Below, piece by piece: positions 11,466 to 23,623 of a DNA stretch of 64,000 nucleotides. The stretch is taken from assembly GCA_965112155.1 (NCBI GenBank), contig OZ218103.1; one strand, 5' to 3'. Made by a program: the position numbers and the translations under genes. How positions within the stretch are numbered: the stretch's first letter is position 1; the number at the start of each line of letters is the position of its first letter. The notes under the pieces are model-generated. The model was not told the DNA's origin, made no database searches, and was given only the letters and a program-made list of their open reading frames with translations. Origin of the DNA: Podarcis liolepis. Its lineage: Eukaryota.

Positions 11466-14457
11466 TATGCTGCATACAAAAAGCCCATAGGATGCCAGGA
11501 GGGCAGGGACTGGACATCTTAGGCTCACGAGGCAACTGTCAGGCACTGGATGGGAAGAGCAAGAACGCACTAAGTATGAGGTGATGATGATTATTTTTGC
11601 CTCTTGTGTCTTCTAGAATGAAGACAGACAAGTCAATGATGAGGGAGAAAAGAGATGAGCAGCAATGCTACCACTGTGTGTTTCAGACTGAAATCATCGT
11701 TAGTGGCTATCACGATTAAATCTTAGGTTTAGGTAAGGAAGAAGCACAGCAGATAGTGACCCTCTGTGTCCCCAACCAGTACAGATCTGCTCAGCAGCCA
11801 GTATTCTCCTCCCTTACCTGCCTATGGTAAAACTAAAGATCAACCTGATTCGACTTTTATGTGACTAAAAGGGTGGGGAACGCAAGTGTCAAAATTAATT
11901 CAGATTACAGCATATCATACCCTCCAGAAGAGGGCAACCTACTGCCTTCCTCCAATGATTTTGTTGGAACTCGTCCTTAAACCGTGGATCAGTGCTTTAT
12001 TTACATGGGAACTGTTTGCTCAGTGGGCCAATTGATCCATTCTACAAGCAGGAAATCATAGTTTTGGAGAGCAAGCTGAGTGCCCAAGCTGCACACTCCT
12101 AAAGTCAAGATGGCTGTAAGATGTACAGAGAGAAATACAGGGATTATGTGGTTCCAAATCCAAACTGGGGAGACTTGAGGAGAATAGTGTTATTTGGGAG
12201 GCATATTCCTAGCTTGCCTGGAAGAGGGCAAGGTATTCAAAAGTTACCTGAGGGAGAGAAGGCTACTCTCTGGCTGCAATAGAGCTTTTACATTTATCCC
12301 ATTTGCAGCCTGATCAATCTAGCAGTTTCCACTCATGAGCTGATCTGAGAGAGCCTCATTACCTGCCTTAAAGTTGCAGCCATGCACTTAGCTCTTAAAG
12401 ATGGGATTTCAGGAATATCTGACTGATCATTTCTCTTCTCATTTATTTCTGCTGCCCTGAACCAATTCAACCTGTAAAGTCGAAAGAGGAAGAATAAGTT
12501 GGAACATATTTGCAGAGCTCCTGCCACACTCTGCTCTTGACTTCCTGCATCCTTTTGCAAATCGCCCCTACTGGATGCCATGCAAGTGGGGAGCTATGCC
12601 TACAACTCAATTGTGTCAAACGGTAACAAGGAATAGAAGATGCCCCACTCCATTGCTGGCGAAGGGAACAGAATACTATCAGGGAAGCCCAGCTGAGTCA
12701 CAATTCCTGAGAATCTCTCCCAAGAAGTATGAAGCTTGTCACACTGACAAGACGACTCTTGCCTCAGTGAGATAGAAACTGCTAGCCTTCTGTCTGGAAG
12801 CAGGGAAAAGCAGTTTCTCTCCACCATGGGAGGCTACAAACCAAATTTAAATAAAATAAAAAACAAGTTTTGTTTCTCAGGAACAGAATCATGGGCCAGA
12901 TTTTGGACTGTATAGTATGGTCATACCCAGTGCTTTTCCCCCTAAAAAAATGTTTAGGGGTACTCTCAATTTGACTCAAGAAAATCACCATTTTATAGTT
13001 CAAATTGGGAAAAATAAATATGGTAAATGGACAAAAGAACAAAGATTCACAAAATGTTTAGGGGTATGCGTACCCTCAGGAAAAAAACTATTGGTCATAC
13101 TATTGGTCTTAACATATCTGTACATTCAGTGTGTGAATCCAGGAAGCTGCTTTATTCTGAGGTCAGATCTAAGGCCAACCCTAGTTAGTGACCAATGAGG
13201 TACAACCCTCTTTTGGGCCTAAATCACTTCAGCTTTGATACAATTCTTGTTTGAAGACCCGCATATATACACATCCAGTACAAAGAGAACATCCCTTGTA
13301 AAAATCCTCCTCTCTGAGATTGTCAGACAAGACAATTAGCCATCTCTGAGGTGGAACCATTTTTGTGTAATGTGCACACAGGCAACTCACCATGCGAAAA
13401 CCATGTGACAAGGGGCCTATGAAAGCCTTGCACTGTGTCAATCACAGTACATTTCATCTCATCAGCAGTTCCTGGCACTAGGAGAACAGAACCTGTAGAT
13501 TACAAGTCAACAAGCACAGTATCTCAGTCAACACTACAAGGATCCACTTTACCGACCGTTATTAGCACCACCTTGACATTGCCTGTGAAAAGGGTTCAGT
13601 GACAGGAACATACTCTGTCAGGGGACAGTCCACAGGAGCAGCTTCCCCTGTATATGGGGGACTATGGCCTATCCTCAGAATGCAGCAAGAGTGGAATGCA
13701 TTGTGAGCCAGGGTAAACATTAATAAAGCCATAGCCATTTCTGTGACCACAGCAGCACTTTACAAGAACTGATCCTGGTTGCCCTTGTGTAACAACCCAA
13801 TTTCACAGAAACATTTCCCTTTGCAATCATGACTGAAGAGAACCTGCATCCGTACATAAGGGAGAAACAGCAACTGTAAGTAAAGAAGAACAACGCAATC
13901 AGGAAATGCTTCATTACTTTGTACTTTCAGTTAAAGCAGGCAAAAGGGAGACCATTCTGCTTACCCATACAAATCTTTTACATACAATAAGTGCTGGAAA
14001 AAATATTCAAGTCGCATATGTCAATCCAGCTCCATACTTTTTTTCTTGGTCCCTGCCCTCTTTGCTTTTATTGAATGTCATCTGATGAAGAGTTGGAGAG
14101 GTGGTTCAAATGTGTGCACACTGTTTTGTAAGATATTCAGGTTGTTGTAACAAAGGTATTGCTCTAATAAAGATTTTGAATTTTCTCCTATAGGCCAAAA
14201 CAGCTACCTTGCCTGTGGCACCTGCAACAGTGCCAGTTTCACAGATTGAATCCATCGATAGTCTAAAGAAATCCCACAAGTAAACTGGTTTCAAGGTGTT
14301 CAAGACTTTATAAACTATGAAATAACTTTGAGGGAACTCCTCCCACACTCCATCTCTTAAGACTCCAACCAGATGCAAATATGGATAACTTGCTTAACAA
14401 TCTTGTTTTCCTCTTCTTTCCCCAACTCTCCCAAACTGAGTACCTTAGCATCTAACA

Positions 14458-14570
14458 CAGGACTGGAAAAACTATGGCATTCCTGATATCATTGGACTAC
14501 AACTCCCATCATTCCTGACCATTGGCCATGCTGGCAGAGCATCTGGAGGGCCATACGTTCTCTGCTCTTG
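14458..14570. mobile_element. Palindromic hAT-type MITE copy, internally deleted
   Basis: Contains ggactacaactcccatcattcctgaccattggccatgctggc...catctggagggcca. Confidence 0.75.
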
Positions 14571-15396
14571 ATCTAGCCTAATGAAGGTTTCTGGAGAACT
14601 ACAAAACATTGGTTGACCTACAAAACCTATTGACCTAATGTGTATTTTGGATTTTATTTCTAGGTAGAATTTGATGTGGACACCACACTTGCTACACTGA
14701 TAGAGCATTTATTTAATTTTCAGTAAAAGTTTGCCTCCTTGAAGTACAATCTTTTTAATAGTGGGCATGCCTCATTAACTCTGCCTTGAGAATCAGAAGC
14801 AGCAAATGCAGGATGGTGTGGTACTACTGGGGAGGGGAATGTCCATTGTTTTGCTGTTAAAGGGAGACTTTCAGAGAAGATCCTGCAAGAAACCATTTTG
14901 TTTTCCCTAAGTTTGAAATCACTCACATCAACCCAATTCCACCCTACTCCACATGTGACCAACTAACAATAATGAAGTTGGTCAAGACTTGGAAACAACT
15001 TATATAAAGCTGAAACTCCTGTCCATCAATGTTTGACCCGACCTAAATGGAATTCAGGTTATTCCTTGAACCCAGTTTTATAAAGATCTATTCCATGCCC
15101 TCTTCACCAACTTCCATGCAAAGTCAACCTGGTCAGTTTTCTTCTATCACTTGCAGGGGGAAAACCTTGGTAGGAAACTGTGTGTACTCTAACCGCATGC
15201 AAAACAGGGATGTATTGAATAGGCCCTTTGCTAATCTGGGGTGAAGCAAGTGGGGTTTGATATTTTGCATAACACTGTCATATCCCTATGAATAGTGTGA
15301 GAAGAATATTTTTCTTCTTTAAAAATGCTTAATTTCTGAGATGAGTTACTGACCATTTGTTTTCTAGCTTATTTATGCATCCCCAAGGACTAGTGA

Positions 15397-15773
15397 GGGA
15401 CGGGGTGGCGCTGTGGGTAAAACCTCAGTGCCTAGGACTTGCCGATCACATGGTCGGCGGTTCGAATCCCCGTGGCGGGGTGAGCTCCCGTCTTTCGGTC
15501 CCAGCTCCTGCCCACCTAGCAGTTCAAAAGCACTCCTAAGTGCAAGTAGATAAATAGGTATCGCTTTATAGCGGGAAGGTAAACGGCGTTTCCGTGTGCT
15601 GCGCTGGTGCTGGCTCGCCAGAGCAGCTTCGTCACGCTGGCCACGTGACCCGGAAGTGTCTCCGGACAGCGCTGGCCCCCGGCCTCTTAAGTGAGATGGG
15701 CGCACAACCCTAGAGTCGGACACGACTGGCCCGTACGGGCAGGGGTACCTTTACCTTTACCTTTTTTACCTTT
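15397..15773 (+). mobile_element. Full-length young Sauria SINE (Squam1)
   Basis: tRNA-like head with A box tggcgctgtggg and B box GGTTCGAATCC (15459-15469), and an (ACCTTT)n tail. There is a perfect 12-bp target-site duplication, AAGGACTAGTGA, at 15385-15396 and 15774-15785. Many CpGs are intact. Confidence 0.95.
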
Positions 15774-16450
15774 AAGGACTAGTGACATGAAAAATAAAAT
15801 AAAACAGAGTCTGAGAATTCTGGATTCTGAGTTTCTTCCATATAGCCATAGTCATGCAGAACACACATAGCTTTGTCTATATGAGTCAGGCACATGGAGG
15901 GAAATGTTCCTGTGTGGGTCTTCAGCCAGCACGACAGCATACAAATTTTAAATACTCAAGCTGTTCAAAGGATCAGCAGAAGGCCTCCTTATCACACTCA
16001 TAATTTAGAATAGAAGCTCTTGTACATGATACAATCCCACACCACTGGAGAGTGTGTGAATACTGCAACCACAGGGGGGGGGGCATTGTGGGGAAGGAGA
16101 GATTGACAATATAATGGAACACTCTCACCAGACCATTGCCCACACTCCCATCAGGGAAGCAATTAGGTGCTATATACCTAGGGAATCAGTCCCACACAGT
16201 TGCAACATTCACATCACTTCCCAATGGCATGGGATAACACCATGATGCAGCATGGATGAAGGGGGGAATACTTTATTAAATCAGCTATAGTGGCATTGAC
16301 ACTTTAGATTCACAGTTAAACTAAAGAGAGAAAGATCTCATACTTTAAGCGTACTTCCAGACAGCACTGCTTTTCATGGGCAGTTGAACATTGACTGTGT
16401 CACTACCACAGTGAATCTGCACAGCTTCAATGGGGGGGGGCAGAATAATA

Positions 16451-16651
16451 CAGTCGTACCTTGGAAATCAAACCATTCCAGAAGTCTGTTCGACTTCTGA
16501 AGCGTTCGACTTCCAAAGTGTGGCTCCTGCAGCCAATCAGAAGCCGCGGAAGTTCCGTTGGATGTTCGGCTTCCAAAAGAACGTTTGGAAACCAGAACAC
16601 TCACTTCTGGTTTTCGATCGTTCGGGAGCCGAAATGTACAAGTTACGACTG
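16451..16651. mobile_element. Non-autonomous Tc1/mariner (pogo/Tigger-like) DNA transposon
   Basis: Terminal inverted repeats CAGTCGTACCTTG...CAAGTTACGACTG, flanked by TA on both sides (16449-16450 and 16652-16653). Confidence 0.85.
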
Positions 16652-17159
16652 TACTGGCAAAAGCTGGAGGAAGAGGACTGGTTTTCGCATGTGTAAACCA
16701 ACATGAGTGTGCAATACTGAAAACTCACCACTAGGAGATAAGCATAAGTGGAGAAGCTGCAGCTGGAATGGAATCGCAAACCAATAGCCACTGTTAGACT
16801 TGTAATGATCTTACTCTCCAGTCCCACTTAGAAAGCACACCATATAACCAGTAGGTAATCAGCCAAACCACCATTGATGCACCATTCCAAGTTTAGCTCT
16901 GTCTCCTTCCTTGCTATCTCTCCCCAAACATTTAAACAAGGAACCCACGGCATGTCCAAAAGGTCCAAACCTTTCCAGATACATTCCAGTTTGAAAGCTG
17001 AAACACACCATCACAGTCACGCATTACTAACATGCCAACACAGAGCTTTCTTTGGCTTTCCCCATTGCTCTGTGCCCAGAACACACATTCCAGCAATCTC
17101 TCCACTGCAGCTCGCATTGCTGGGGCAGCCATGACCACAGCCACAATCCCAGGAAGGAT

Positions 17160-18150
17160 CCTACCTCTGCACAAGGCTGTCCAAGAACTTGACAGGGCTC
17201 TGTTTGAAAAAAGCTGTTGAAAGAAATGATCTCTTTAAGTGCAATGGGGAGATATTTGTCTCTGATTTACCCTTGGCTTTTTGCTCTGGTTCAGGTAGGA
17301 GCGGCGTGGGATGGCTGGCAGATCTGAGAGCATGGCACGCCCCAGCGGGCAAAGCGCGCAGTGCGGAGGAATGCGAGAGTCAGTTTGGAGTGCTCTCCAT
17401 TTATCAAACTCATGCAGCNNNNNNNNNNNNNNNNNNNNNNNNNNNNNNNNNNNNNNNNNNNNNNNNNNNNNNNNNNNNNNNNNNNNNNNNNNNNNNNNNN
17501 NNNNNNNNNNNNNNNNNNNNNNNNNNNNNNNNNNNNNNNNNNNNNNNNNNNNNNNNNNNNNNNNNNNNNNNNNNGAGAGAGCCAGAGCAACTCCAGATAA
17601 TAAAGAGAACCAAGAAAGGGGAAAGGAGAAAAAAAAAGCGAAGAAAGAAAGAGAAAAGAAAAGAAAAGATATCTGACCTGACTCTGCCATCTACCTTAAC
17701 AGAACCTCAACGAGAGCCGGCTCAGCAGAGCTTTAGAGAATGTAAAACATTGCTCAAAAGAGAGAGGGCTCGTTAGCAGCAACTGCCAGCCGGGTGTTTG
17801 GCTGGAATCCTTTTCACTTCCAGCTTCGCTTTAGGTCGTAAGTGGTAATAAGTTTGTTGGTTTCTATTGCAGCTTCCCAATCTGCTCCCTTTAAGGGAAG
17901 ATTTCCAGCGCATGCTCGCTTTTTCTTTTGCACAACCAGCCAGTCGTTCGCGGCCCTGCGTAGCCTAGCACAGGATGCCACAGGTCAGGATGAAGATGTG
18001 TTGGAAGCCCAGAACTTGAGGAAACTGATGTTTCAGGTGGTCTCTTTCTGGTAGCAAAGGACCAGATAAGAAGGGATGCCAAGCATCAGCATGGAAGGGC
18101 CCCAGCAGAGGAGACAGTGCCTGCGTGAAGCCCAAGCAGCTGACGTCAGA
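17160..18150. promoter_or_regulatory. CpG-enriched intronic promoter-like region
   Basis: Local CpG clusters (17302-17376, 17711-17960) not explained by a recognisable repeat. Also a GA-rich tract, a GTC|GTAAGT donor at 17837/17838 and a CRE TGACGTCA at 18141-18148. Confidence 0.5.
17419..17574. other. Assembly gap (156 N)
   Basis: Run of N. Confidence 1.
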
Positions 18151-21100
18151 ATGATTACATCCCTCTAATGCACAAACACTGGTTGTTACTTGTCTCCTTC
18201 TGTCAGAATAGGGCACTCCAAGAGGACAGAATATTGAAGAGGCTATTCCAAGCAGCTAGGATTCATGAAAAATAGTGCCTTCATTTTGTAATATTAATAA
18301 ATAAGAAAGCATCTAAGAAATACTAAAGGAATAAAGTCTGTGGGGCTCAGTGCAGGAAGTATAATATCCTGATGGTCTGGTATTGCTGGGCTACTTTGCT
18401 CAGGTTCAACTGCATTCACACAAGCCTTGCAATTGGTTACCCATGGCAAGTGATTATCTATTGGATTTGATATTTATATACCTGGGTCTATTTGACCAGA
18501 ACCAACCCAATACCAACTAGTAAGCAAGTGACTAGCTTTGCCAATGAGAAACAAGAAAGAGGAGTCAGCACACTAGGGGGAACTCTGAGGTTTGAAAATA
18601 TAGATGGCTTTAACAAGAGGTTTAAAAACATACGTAAGGGCCCCAAAAAACAACCCAACGAGGACTGCTTTCTCTCTCACCTTCAGTTTCCCCTTGTGCA
18701 AATAAGGGAAATTGCGGGAAGGAAGAGAAGAAATAATAGAATATATCCTAAAATTAATGTCAGGAAAAATTAAGGTTGTAATGTGTTATGCATAGTTAAG
18801 GTGTAGGCAAATAAGTCTTTCCACTGAAGGTTCAATTCCTTTCCTGTTCTCTCCCTGTTAATTAAGATCATTAAGGCATATATATCCTCTTGCTGAGATG
18901 GTGCCCAAACCACTTTCCCCTGGAAAAAAGATGGAAACCATTGACATTGACTAGAGTACTCTCTACGCAGTAAACTGTGATGTTATATGCCTACTCTAAA
19001 GCATCTGGAACTGGACACTGTTAGAAATAATACAGCTATAATACTGGGCTAGATGGGCCATTGGTTTGACCCCCAAAAGATTGTTCTTATATTATGCACT
19101 GCTCCACTGATGTTTTAATAGTCTTTCATATCTCATCCCATTAACTATCCTGCCCCTGCTTAAATCCCTCAAAAAGCCTCATCTCGATCCTGTGCCTAAC
19201 CTCCCTCTGTCTGCAAGGACCTTGGGGGTGCACTGCTTCATGCATCATGTGGTACAGAGCTAACACAGCATGTGCCAAATCACATCTACCACAGGTGGAT
19301 TTTAATGCCATGTTAAATGTTGAGGCAGGATACTGCCCCCTTTCAGATACTGCCGCTTCCAAAAAATAAAATAAAAAAATCCCCCACAGAAGGCTAGGGT
19401 GGCTTTTAAAAAACTATTCTATATTACTTCAAGCTTTGAAGTACAGAGAATAGCAACACTCACATGCGGGTTGATTTTTCTTTTTAAATGCTGCCTTTAT
19501 CAGAATAAATCTTTTCCTCCTCTGTATCACTGGAGATAGATAATCAAGTCAAAAAAGAAAGTCTCTTCTAACAATAGATTTCTTTTTCTTTCTGAACTTC
19601 AAATGGGAAACTCTTATCTCCAGCCACAGTTGACCAAGAGAAGAAAAGAACAGAACACACAGGCACACTCACCAAACCTTCCATTTACTCCAAAGGCCAT
19701 GCTAACTCCACATACCCGCACCACTTCCCCCTCTGCTTAACAGAGAGAGGCATTCAGAACATTTTATAGGACGTATTTACTCACTAGAAACACTCTTGAA
19801 ACAGAATGCTCCTTTTTGCTCAGAAGATGAACTTTGGTCTCTAAAATGGTATCTCGCCAGGTAAGTGTAGCTGCTCTGAGCATGAGAGATTTTCAAAGAC
19901 ATCTTCCATACCCAATCCTCTCTGACCAGCACTGTGAGCTTCCCAAAGGTATCTGGGGAGCCAGCTTTGGGAAATGTTCCCATTTTTTCCAGTTCTTCAT
20001 TGCCAGGTATATCTGGGGGACTCCTTTTGTTCCCATACAAAACCTTTAACCCTTTGAATTATCACTGGAGGTTACAAATCTCCTTAGGAGAAACAGGGGG
20101 ATTTCATAAGGCACTGATTTGGAGAAACATAGGGCTAACCTACACTTAGCTTTTGCCCCACTCTTTTCAGGCACAGGCCCATGCTTAAAAACTCTGAGTC
20201 CGAGCCTTTGTTTGTTTCTGCCCCAAGCTTGTTTGTATGTTTTTCTGTCTGTTTTTGCCTTGCTCTTTAGCACTCAATTAGAGCAAACCTCAATTCGAGT
20301 TTGAGCTTTAAAGAGCAGGTTTTCTGAGAGAAAGCTCCAGAACAAATGGGGGAGGGCGCCTCTCTCCAATAAAAAAAAAACCAGATATAAGTAGTTTAAG
20401 CCAGTGAAAAGATGACCATATACAGCTACTAGCCCAGAAAAAATACAATCCCAAAACAAAATATTACACTCTCCTTTGTAATTTGTTCAAAATATCAATT
20501 ATTATACTAATGTCTATGGAAACACCACTGGCTTTCTCTGAGGAATCTGCATTAGAACAGTCTCAGAAGCCTCCCTCTCACATGGGATGATCTATCATAC
20601 AAGGTACCCTCACTTCAAGCTGCCTGATGACTGATGTTCCACTAGCAGCGTGTTGGGATTGGCTGAGCACCCAGACAAATGCTCTATAATCCCTTTTTTC
20701 CTCTCCTCCTCTGCCAATGTCTCCCATGAGAGGTGTGATGATAGACGGTGACATAACTGACTGTTCCCAATCAAGGTAATGTAAGTAATGACAGCTGACG
20801 TGATTCCTGGAACGTGTTTCCAGCGGTTGGCCTATCTGCTTTGCCTACTATAGCAGAACATGGCAGCGCGTACAGAAAGGGGGGAAGCGGGGGAAGAACC
20901 TTAGCACAGGTCTTGAAAAAGTTAAAGAGTGCCTACTGGAAGCTCTAAACTGAAAAACTGCATCAAAACCAGAAGTACCACAAAGGCCCCATTAACACAT
21001 AATCTGCCCCAGGAAAGAACTCCAGTAACCTAAACTCCTCTCATGCTTTGGTGGGAGTCCAAGAGGTGAAATTGTGTGACTAAGTGGTACCCACAGTCAT

Positions 21101-21774
21101 GGTGACATGAACACCTGCTACTTGAAAACCTGCAAGCTCAGAATGGCTTCATATGTTACAGAAAAATGTGCCGGCAGGGAAGCAGAGATGTGGGGAATAC
21201 GTGTCTGATTTCCACAGTTCATTCAGGCTCTGAAGCAGTAGTCCACAAATCTTGGCTGACATTATTAGTGACCATTCCCAGCCCTACGACTCCCCTGAGT
21301 TTTCTGCCATACACAAAAGGATCTATGAGTAAAGAGCAGTGGACTTCTCCCTTTGCACCAAGCTGGGAGACACCCCAAAGCAGTAAGAATATCTCTGAAC
21401 CCTGCAACCCAAATCCCAGCCCAGTACAGAGGACTGGAGGAAAGGGAGGGGTCAATGCCTCACTCCACAACAGGCAAAAAGCGCTTCCCCCAAAGGTGAG
21501 AGAAACTTCCCCACCCCACCCCATTGCTTAAAGGAAGGTGACTGGGCTGCAATTCTAGTGGCTTTGGTTTGATAGGCAATGAGTCATGTGCAACTCTGGG
21601 GATGTCTGTTGAGTCTGCAAACCATAAAGGCGGCAGCAAAAGCTGGCTGCTGTAGCTAACTTGATTTTAAAATGACACAATTGCTGCTGCACCTTATCCT
21701 CGTATAGCTTGGGGTCAGTGAGGCTGTCAAAGCAACAGCAGGGAGGAGGAATGTGAATATTTTCAGACAACAAA

Positions 21775-22392
21775 TGTCATAGACGGGTTGGACACAGAGG
21801 AATGGTGGGAGGAACCAGGCAGGGTACCACCAAGGGGAGGAGGAGGCTCAGAGCCCGGAGAGTGGTGGTGGGATGACAGTGAGTGATTGGAGGGAGAAGA
21901 CTGGGAAGAAGTAGTGTCGGGAGCTGAAGGGTAACAAGGCTTAGTGAGCTGGGAGAGTCTGTGGCAGAGAGAAGTCAAGAATCAGAGGCAGAAGCTGAAG
22001 CTGAAGCAGGCAAGTGGAAAGAGGGAGGCCAAGAGGCAGAGATGAGTCAGGCTGGTGAAGAGTCATGAGTGTCTCTGCCTCCTGCTGCAACTATTTCCCC
22101 TCACCACTTGTCTTCCAGAACCAGAAGAGACATGAAAAGTGTTGAGGAGAGGTTGGCTGCACACAGGAGCAGTCTTTGATTGCTTGGGGAAAGCCCTGGA
22201 ATGGAGTGGACTCATAGGCTGTGAGGAGGTGGGGACTTACAGCCTTGGCAACTGATTTTCATAGAGTGAGACCACCATGAATGAGCTGCTGTGCTCATGA
22301 GGCCTGACACTCAGCCAGATCTGTGAGATCATGTTTCTGTTAATAAAGAGTTAACTCCAACTTTGAACTTTGACCAGCACATTGCTATGACA
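21775..22392 (+). mobile_element. Solo LTR (618 bp)
   Basis: Termini TGTCATAG...CTATGACA form an 8-bp inverted repeat. The 5-bp flanks are ACAAA/ACTAA (4/5 TSD), and AATAAA sits at 22342-22347. Confidence 0.8.
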
Positions 22393-22402
22393 ACTAACAA
22401 TG

Positions 22403-22705
22403 TAGGCCCCAAATACCTGAAAGACTACCTCCTTCCCTACAGGCCCTCCTGGGTGTTAAGGTTGGCGGCGGGGGGGGGGGGGCATGTCTCAGAAGTTGAA
22501 GTGGAGGTGCCCTGGGAGAGGGCATTTTTCATGGCATTCCCTCTCCACTATATTGCCTTTCTCATATGCTAAACACACACATATTTACTCTGGCCTTTGA
22601 CACCCACCATATATGTACATTGTTTAACTTATTTTAATATAGTATATTTATATTGTTATAATCTGCCCTGGAACCTTATGGTGACACTTGAGCAAGAAAT
22701 CCAAT
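22403..22705 (+). mobile_element. Degenerate L2 3' fragment
   Basis: ggccccaaatacctgaaagactacctccttccctac (GPKYLKDYLLPY), gagagggcattt, then an AT-rich 3' UTR. Confidence 0.65.
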
Positions 22706-23423
22706 AAAACTAACAAGAAGAAGTTAGCTTGCATAATTCACATGGTGACAATCCATGGAAAGTATAATTCAACATAAATATATAGTCCACTCTCAGTTGC
22801 CTGTTAAATAACAAATGAAGTATGCAACCAGTTGGTGTCTACCCCACAAGAAATAGCCAACATAAATTATTGGGAGTAGTGAGCATTGTGTGTATACTGA
22901 ACCTATACAAACACACAGCATAAAGAACCTAAATTTTGGAACAAGGCTAATTTTAAGAGCAACGCATTGGTAGCCATCATGGTGAAGAGAAAAAATGCAA
23001 AAATACTATTGCAAAAGGCTCTGAATGGTAAGAAGGCAAGGCTCCTGCCATGTACAATCTCGTTGTCTTTTCTCATATGTTCCTTGGCTGTCCTACCACA
23101 TAATTATCCCCAGCTTCACCTCATTTCTTACCCTCCACCACCACCACCAATTCCTTTCATACAGTTGGAATTCTGCAAAAACCAAAATCTTGCAATCAGT
23201 ATGAAAATAAGTTTATTTCATGCCAACTAGCACCATTTAGTCACTGGGTGGAATTCAAATTTCTTAGGATGAAATGAAAGCATAATGTGTGGCCAGGAAT
23301 ATGGTCCAGTGGGGCAGAGGGATATCATATTTCTCACTCATTCAGCCAAGTCATTAGTCTGCCCGGTCTCTTAAAAAAAAGTCTAGCAAATATACCATGT
23401 GATTTAATAAGGAGAAGATAATG

Positions 23424-23623
23424 GGGTGGATTCAACTAAATAATTACACTACCGGGAGCCTGCACAATGGGGTTCCCCCTCTCCCCTCATAGCTCTTGGG
23501 GGTCAGGAGAACACCCAGAACAGTGCAAGCAAAGAAGAAAGGCAGGTGAGTTTGCTTGCCTGATGGAACGGCAATGCTTGCACTGGCAGAGCAATCTCCT
23601 TAGCGCAACTTTCAAATCCACTC
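23424..23623. mobile_element. Degenerate MITE
   Basis: Imperfect inverted ends gggtggatt...aatccactc. Confidence 0.4.

Noticed and set aside
15373-15723. 116-aa ORF
   Set aside because: Antisense reading of the GC-rich Sauria SINE.
17189-17776. Longest ORF (195 aa) and overlapping ORFs spanning the first gap
   Set aside because: Length is inflated by Ns and a purine-rich low-complexity tract; no recognisable protein.
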